Origin: Prorocentrum cordatum
Lineage: Eukaryota
Direction: 5' to 3'
Length of the DNA: 55,207 nucleotides
Assembly (NCBI GenBank): GCA_963575745.1
Contig: CAUYUJ010000175.1
Span: forward strand, 62,001-117,207
The notes beneath the pieces are model-generated. The model made no database searches. It was not told where the DNA came from and saw nothing but the letters and a program-made list of their open reading frames with translations. Shown here piece by piece: positions 48,415 through 55,207 of the stretch. Each line of letters begins with the position of its first letter. The stretch's first letter is position 1. The position numbers were made by a program, and so were the translations under genes.

Positions 48415-48590
48415 GCGGGAAAGACTTCGCGTCGCAGAACTGCTTGAACAGCTGGGTCATGCGCCTAGCCTCGGCGAGCGAGAGCGACGGCGTGGCCTTG
48501 TCCGGGTGACAAGAGGCCGCGGCGCGTCGGAAGGCGCCCTCGATCGCCCCGCGGCCCGCGCCAGTCGCGGACTCCGAGGATGTTCCGCGC
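48415..48590 (-). pseudogene. DnaJ (J) domain relic
   Basis: ARNILGV / frameshift near 48565 / GA...IEGAFRRAAASCHPDK...MTQLFKQFCDAKSF. HPDK lies at 48497-48508. Confidence 0.85.
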
Positions 48591-48949
48591 GCCCCGTAGA
48601 CGAGCAGAGCGGGCGAACACGCGCCGCCCGCCGCCACCTCCGGGCCCGCGGGGCACCTGCCGATCACCCCGTCTGCTCGACACGCCGCCAGCCATCCTGG
48701 GGGCGGCAGAGCCCGCGCCGACCTCGGACCGACCGTCCGAAGCCTCGGCCGATGAGGGGGCCTCTGAGACCGCATCTGCATTCGCGCCCGCGGCACCTGC
48801 GGGTCGGGGGAACAGCACGTTCCTAGCCTTTGGAAGGCGCGGTGTCGGTGGGCACGCGTCAGGCGCCCCGCCGGCACTGGGGGCCTCGGCGGCCAGCCCC
48901 GCAGCGCCGGCGTCGCTGTCGGCGGCCATCCCCGCGTTCGCGGGGGGGC

Positions 48950-51550
48950 CGGCCGCCAGTGGAAGGCCCAAATGACAAAGCCCCTGAGCCACCAGGAACA
49001 CGACGAGACGGCCCCACATGCACGCCGGAGACGGCGCGAGCGCATTGGCCTGCGCAACGCAATCGAACCTGGAAAGGTCGCCCCACCGTGCGTCGTCGAG
49101 CCAAGCAGGGGAGGCTCGAGAGGGCGGTCGAACGGGACGATTCCTCGTCGGATCCTCGGCACGATGGACGCCCGCAGGCACATGCATCCCGCCCATGTGC
49201 AGGCCTCCACCGGTGACATAAGGTAGCGTGGTCCGCAGCACATAAGACAAACCAAGGAAAAAGCTGCGCCCATGGGCCGCAGCCCCCAGGGCTGCCACGG
49301 AGTCCAGCATGACCAGAAACCGAGAGTTGGTTGGGCACGGGAATGAAACAATGCTTGCACGGACTCTTGTAGACGGTGGTCTCCGGAATGTTGATGTGTC
49401 CGGGCACGCGAGACTGCAATGTATACGCCAAGCGGAAACGGAGCGCCCCCGAGAGTTCCGCGACCCAGCGGGGCGCAACTGGGGGATCAAGCGAAGGGAG
49501 CCCCAGATCGCGACGCAGCCGGGTGAGCTCTGGGCCTGGAAGGACGCCGCGGCTCAGAACCTGCCAAATATGACGACCACGAAGCCGCGCGTGCCAGCCG
49601 ACACGTTCGGACCTCTGCCACAACTCAGCAGACTGTTGTGGGCCAACGTCCTCTTGGACGACCCCTCCGCGGCCGAGGCGCGCGTCCGCGCCGAACACTT
49701 CAGGGCCGGGGGCCACTCGAGGGTCGGCGATGGCCGCGAAGGCCAGGAAGGTGCAGGCGAGAAGCCCGTCCAGCACGGGGTGCAACAGCTCGTACTCGGT
49801 GCTGTCATCTAGTGCGCTGTGCGATCGGAATTGGTAGAAGGGCGAAGAGCGCCAGCTGAGGGCGACGAAACACCCAGCAGCCTACCAGAGACGCCAGCAC
49901 GGCGCGCGTCGAGGAGCCGAGATCGACTTGAATCAGCGCCAGCCTGCACAAAGCCACCGCGCGAATCAATGGCACGCAGACAATACCGATCCGCCCATCG
50001 ACGTCAACACCCACGACGACCTCACGCGTCTCTCCGCGCGCGCTTCCCGGGATGTGGCGCCAGACCTATCCTGGGATAGCCGCGGTCGCAGGCGGCGATG
50101 ACCTCGCGGACGCGACGACTCGGGTCGTCCGGGCGCGGGGCGGAGCCTCTCCACGAGAACTCTCACAAGCCCACGTGGTCCTCGATATTGAGCATCTCGA
50201 CGAACGCCCCTCTCGGGAAAGGGGCTCGGTGCACAGCTTGCTCCGAGGCGCGGAGGGCACCGAAGCTACGAAGGACCCCTTCGCGCGCCGCTTCGGCAAT
50301 TTCGACTGCCATGTTTTCCCCCATCGCACGGGCGCGCAGACGGGGCGCGACGGCAACCCCGGCCAACTCCGGCCGCCAGGCTCGCAAGGACCGAAAGCTG
50401 CCCCCAGGGAGCCTGACCCGCAGCGCGTCACGCCGAGCTCGCGCGGGGGGGGCGCGGGAGAAACAGGAAACATTCCGCGGATCGTCGCCGGAGGTGACAA
50501 GCCACTCTCACGTAGCAAGGCTGAGGCGACAAAGCGGGAAGCCATGGCCCAGCCGCGGAGTGCTGGAGGAGATGCACGAGCACCTGCTGTTAACCACTGT
50601 CGGGTTCAGGATGAGGCGATCGAAGTCGCCATCCCCAGGGGCTCGCAAGGCCCCGCACGCCTCGCCACAGCACTGGTCGGCGGCCTGAATGAAAAACAGG
50701 GCGCCCCCGGTATCCCACTTGCGAAGCAGGGCCCAAGGGTTCGAGCGGTCCATGCGGACACGCGCCGCGCGCTGGCAAGGAGGCCTGTCTGTCTGAGGAA
50801 GCCCCATCACATCAGCGTTGAGGAAGGCTTTGCGCGCGCGCATCAGACTCCTAGGGCGCGGGATCAAACTCAGGACAGTAGCCCCACTTGACGCGTGACG
50901 CCCTGATCTTGATATCGAAGGACTCGACGTGGATGGCACCCCAAGCCGCCGCGGCGGCGATTGACCCAAGCACGGAGGGCGCGCCGGAAGGGCACTGTCG
51001 CATGGGAGCCAGCACGGCGGAGGAGGAAGCGCAGAAGGACTCTAAAGCTCCGACATGGGCGGCCATGCCATGGAGCGAGACCTCGGCGGCGTCGAACTCG
51101 GCGAAAGCCCGACCCAGGTCGATCTTGCCGCCACGGGCAAGGCGAACTGCGATCCGACACAGCCGCTCGATGCGGGCGCGGACGCCATCCTGGCAGGGCG
51201 ACGCCGTCGACCGCGCACGAGCCTCGGTGGGAGCGAGGCTGGGCTGGACCAGGGTCAGAAAGTTTAGGGCAACAATGGCATGCTGAGCTAGCACGCGGGC
51301 TGCGCGTCGCGCCACCGCCCCCGCGCGCGCCCGAACAGAGCAGCCGGGGGCGGCAGGACACGCGGGGCAGGGGGGCACGGCCATGGATCGCGGGGAGCAG
51401 ACCCCACAAGAGGGCGGGGGGGCCCAGTCCGGTGGGCGGACGGACGAGCGCGAGACTGAGGCCCGCGAACATCGCGCCCCCACCCCAGCCTGGGACAAAG
51501 CAGCGGCCCAGCGGGCGACGCCGATGTCAGCGCCAGGGAACAGGCGCTGC
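48950..51550 (-). pseudogene. DIRS-type reverse transcriptase + RNase H, decayed
   Basis: Ordered motifs: IVALNFL, DRLILNPTVVNSR (50583-50621), SGDD, AMGENMAVEIA, LNIEDHVG (YxDD position, 50170-50193), FRRP, FGADAR (TDAS), HINIPE (HINxLE), LDS..ALGA..GRS, HRAEDPTR (NxADxPSR). Confidence 0.85.
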
Positions 51551-52419
51551 AAGGCAGGCCGGCCCGCATCAAAAGGCGCGGCCTGGGCGGCCGGGGCCGC
51601 GGAGGGGGCCGCGGCAACAGCCCGCCGCCGCTTCGCGGCCGGGGCCCGGGATTCCCCCGCAGGAATCGAAGAGCGAGGGCGCTCAGAAGCCTGGAGGGGC
51701 GGCGGGGCAGAGCGCGCGGCACCGGTAGGTGCAGGCGCACTCCGATCGAAGTCCCAGCAGACAAATCGACGCGAAAGGCTTCGGAACTGGCAGCGACCCC
51801 AGAGGACACGTCAACTCGCGGGGCCTCCAGCGCGGCAGCGACCCCCGAGGACAGGCCAACTCGAAAAGGTCCCCCGCCGGCGACAGGACCAGTAGCAGCG
51901 ATGGGGCGGCGCGCCCAGCAAGGTGAGACTTGGCAAGGGAAGCGGGGGCGCCAGGAGAGCGCGCCTCGCCCGCGGCAGCGTCGCCAGCCGCCCCCGCGCC
52001 TTAACGGGCGGGGCTCGGACTGGCGAACTGCGGGCCAAAATGACTACGCGGGCCAGGGGGGCGGGTCGGAGCCGGGCGAGGGGCGCGCCGCTGGTTCGCA
52101 CGCCCACCCTCGCGGCCACGCTCGGCCCATCCTCGCAGAGCGGCGGCGACAGCGCAAGAGGGCCTCGGAGGAGGCACCGAACCTCGTTCACGAGCGGGCC
52201 CCCCGACGACGTCGCTGGCTGCGTCGGGGCCCCGGGCGGCGGAGCCTCGGGCCCGGCGCCCGCCGCGGCGGCGAGGCCCGTGACGACGGCGAACCCTGGC
52301 AGACAGTGGATGACCTCGCCGAGCTCCTACCGGAAGTCGCGCCGAAGGCGCAGCAGGATCGCCAGACCCGACGAAGTCGCAGGCAACGGCCGCCACCGCC
52401 AGAACTGAGCCAGGCGGGG

Positions 52420-53500
52420 CCGCCGGGGGGCCCCCACGCACCCCGAGCGACTGCAGCGAGTCGCGGCGGCCCGAGCGGGCGCCGCCGCTCGCAGAGGGCC
52501 GCGCGCCGGCAGCACAAGCCATCAGACTCGCGCCCGGCGGCCCCGAGGCATGGCTTGGCAATGACGCAGAGAGGGGCCCTCCGAGCGACCGCGGAAGGTC
52601 GCGCGGGCTCGCAAGACGCGCACCGATCCCAGGAGGCCCTACGCGCGCAAGAGAGGCTAGCCGGGACGAGGCAGCCACTCCGCTCGGAAGGGGCCCAGCA
52701 CTCGCCGCCGAGGCTCGCCGGGCACCGTCCTCCAACGCCGGGGCCGGACCAGGCAGGGCCGCGGACGGCCCCCCGCGTGCCCCGAGCGATCGCGGCAAGT
52801 CGCGAGGGGTCGAGAGAGCCACGCCGTTCGCAGCAAGCCCTGCGCTCGCATCAGAAATTGGCCAGGCCGCGTCCGCAACCCCCGAAGCTGAGGACAGCGG
52901 GGACGGGAGGGGATCCCCACGTGACCCGAGCGCCCGTAGCTGTTCGCTAGCGTCTGCCAGCACCGAGGTTGGGCCAGGCAGAGCTGCTGGTGGATATTCA
53001 CCCGTTCCGAGCGGCCGCAGGACGTCGCGAGAGCCCGAAGGGGGGCCACCGCTCGCAGGGGAGCCTGCGCGCGCAGCAGAGGCTCTCCAGGTAGCGGTCG
53101 TTAACACTGGAGTTGAGCCTAGCAGGGGCGCAGGAGACACCCCATGCACCCCGAGCGACTGCAGCCGATCGCGAGGGCCCGAGCGGGTCACGCCGCTGGA
53201 AGGAGGCCCCGCGCTGCTCCCCCGGCAGCGTCCGCCAACGCCGAGGCAGCGGCGGGCAGGGTCGATGAAGGCCCCCACGAACCCCGAGCGACCACGGAAG
53301 GTCGCGAAGGCTTTGGCGAACCACGCCATGCGCATTGGGCCGCGCGCTGGCGGCAGAGGCCCCCCAAGCGGCGCCCGCCACCGCTGGAGACAAGCCTGGC
53401 GGGAACGCGGGCGGACCCCCGCATGCCCCGAGCGAGTCCGGCAGGACGGGGGGGCTCGAGCGCGCCCCGCAGCTCGCGGGGAGCCCAGCGCTTGCGCCAG
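52420..53500 (-). repeat. Degenerate tandem repeats encoding S.RDL.RSLG-like peptides
   Basis: ccccgagcgac...gtcgcg cores near 52441, 52580, 52790, 53006, 53149 and 53282, mostly in the frame of ORF 52001-53731. Confidence 0.6.
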
Positions 53501-53700
53501 AGTGTGGACGTAGGTTGGCGACCGAAGAGTCGAACCTACTGCATTGTCTGTTGGCAGAGGACGACTGGGAAGAACGGACACAACGTGCCGCGGGAGAGCG
53601 GCGCGAGCCCCGTTTGTAGGACTGTCCAGCGTCCAATACCTGAGCCCAGACGGTTGCGGGATAGATTGATAAAAAATGGCCTGATCGGGCTTCACACACG

Positions 53701-53733
<33 letters not shown>

Positions 53734-54253
53734 CGCCCCGAATCCTGCCCGCTCCAATCGGGCCTCGGGCCCACGGAAGTCAGAGGCGGGACTCGGGAAC
53801 AGAGGCTCGAAGCCCACTCGACTCGCCCTTCCATCCCCGGCAAACTCCAAACAAGGCAGTCTCGGCCAGGAGACGAAGAAAAGGACCAACCACGTCGCAC
53901 TGGGTACTTGAGAGAGTCCACCCGCCGTGAGCGAGCCCAGAGTGCGACCCCAAAAACGCTTCGGCACTCCTGGGCGACGCCCCGTCACCATAGGCGACGG
54001 GGCTGGGAAAGTAAGAGAAGCAGAAAGGAAAGTCCTGCGCCAAGCGCAGTACTGAAGTACAACGACGCAAGCGTTTCCAATGGCACAGAAAGTCGCGCTT
54101 GCAAGTACGCGCGCAACGCGCACATTCAATTCATATCTCATATACAATGAAATACGCGGGCGCGTGGCATCGCAAAACGTTCAGAAGTGCATACGCGATC
54201 GAAATTGCGACGACAACTGATCATTATAAACGCAATGCAGCGATTCATTCGCT

Positions 54254-54552
54254 GTTCCGCTCTGGCGCGAAAGGGGCCCACATGTTTTCCCGCTCGTTCC
54301 GCTCTGGGACGAATGGGACCCACGTGTTCACACGCGTCCCGCTCTGGCGTGAACGGCATCCACGTGTTTTCGCGCGTGTTCCGCTCTGGTGCGAAAGGGG
54401 CCCACGTGTTGTCACGCTTGTTCCGCTCTGGCGCAAAAGGGACCCAAGTGCTTTCACGATTGTTTCGCCCTGGGCCGCAAGGGACCCACGTGTGTTCAAG
54501 CTTGTTCCGCTCCGGGTCGAAAGGGACCCACGCGTTTGCGCGTTTGTTCCAG
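54254..54552. repeat. 42-bp minisatellite x 7
   Basis: gttccgctctggcgc... at 54254, 54296, 54336, 54378, 54420, 54462 and 54504. Confidence 0.9.
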
Positions 54553-55013
54553 GTCGCCCAGGCCAAGTTCTAACACGATGAAGTGTTGAGGATCTCTCGA
54601 ACGAAATGTTGGTTTTCGCGTGTCCAGGTCGCCCGGGCGAATCACAAACATGAGAACGCGTTGGAGATGTCTATAGAAAAACGCTCGCTCTGCAGGAGTT
54701 GTCGAGGATGTCTCGAGCGAGGGCCTCGCCTGCAGCGGACGCATTCCTCTGCAGGATGTGTTGAGGATGCCTCTCACGAAACGTTGGTTTTGCATTGTTT
54801 GAGGAGGTGTCGCGCGGGAGCCTTTTCTCCGTTTCACATACGGTTTGTTTACATGGCCCATACGCCTCATAGGCGTTCGTTTGCGTCAGTGTTTCACGTG
54901 CGTTTCGCTCGCTTTGCACATGCATGTCACATGCGGCCGCGTACGCTTCACCTACGTTCCAAAGTCGTCGCATACACGTTGCATTATGTTCACTTACGCT
55001 AACACTACTAAGC

Positions 55014-55097
<84 letters not shown>

Positions 55098-55207
55098 TCA
55101 GTAGTAGTAGTAGTAGTGGTAGTAGTAGTAGTAGTCGTAGTAGTAGTAGTAGTAGTAGTAGTAGTACTTGTTGTTGGTGTTATACTACTACTACTACTAC
55201 TACTACT
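55014..55207. repeat. (TAG)n followed by inverted (CTA)n
   Basis: Directly visible. Confidence 0.95.

Noticed and set aside
54254..54552. Mini-CRISPR or iteron array
   Set aside because: There are no unique spacers; it is a simple 42-bp minisatellite.

Overview
This is repeat-dominated eukaryotic genomic DNA with two 100-N assembly gaps. It is most likely a GC-rich dinoflagellate. That is an inference from GC/GA-donor micro-exons, spliced-leader-like relics and the retroelement types; the repeats resemble what I recall from Prorocentrum, unverified. Nearly all long ORFs in the track are artefacts of microsatellites or 77/90-bp satellites. Recognisable coding relics are: an intron-containing PIF1 (Helitron-type) helicase pseudogene (15632-17557, -), a non-LTR RT pseudogene (~22450-24230, -), and a DIRS-type RT/RNase H pseudogene (~48950-51550, -) whose RNase H frame runs into a DnaJ domain, with no tyrosine recombinase visible. 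Non-autonomous elements include a satellite-carrying retroposon whose target-site duplication is supported by reading-frame restoration, three MITE families, and an 83-bp-unit element bounded by (CCT)n. Several short candidate host exons lie mostly on the minus strand. Decay in the PIF1 and DIRS relics appears biased A/T->G/C. All motif calls are by eye, without database searches.
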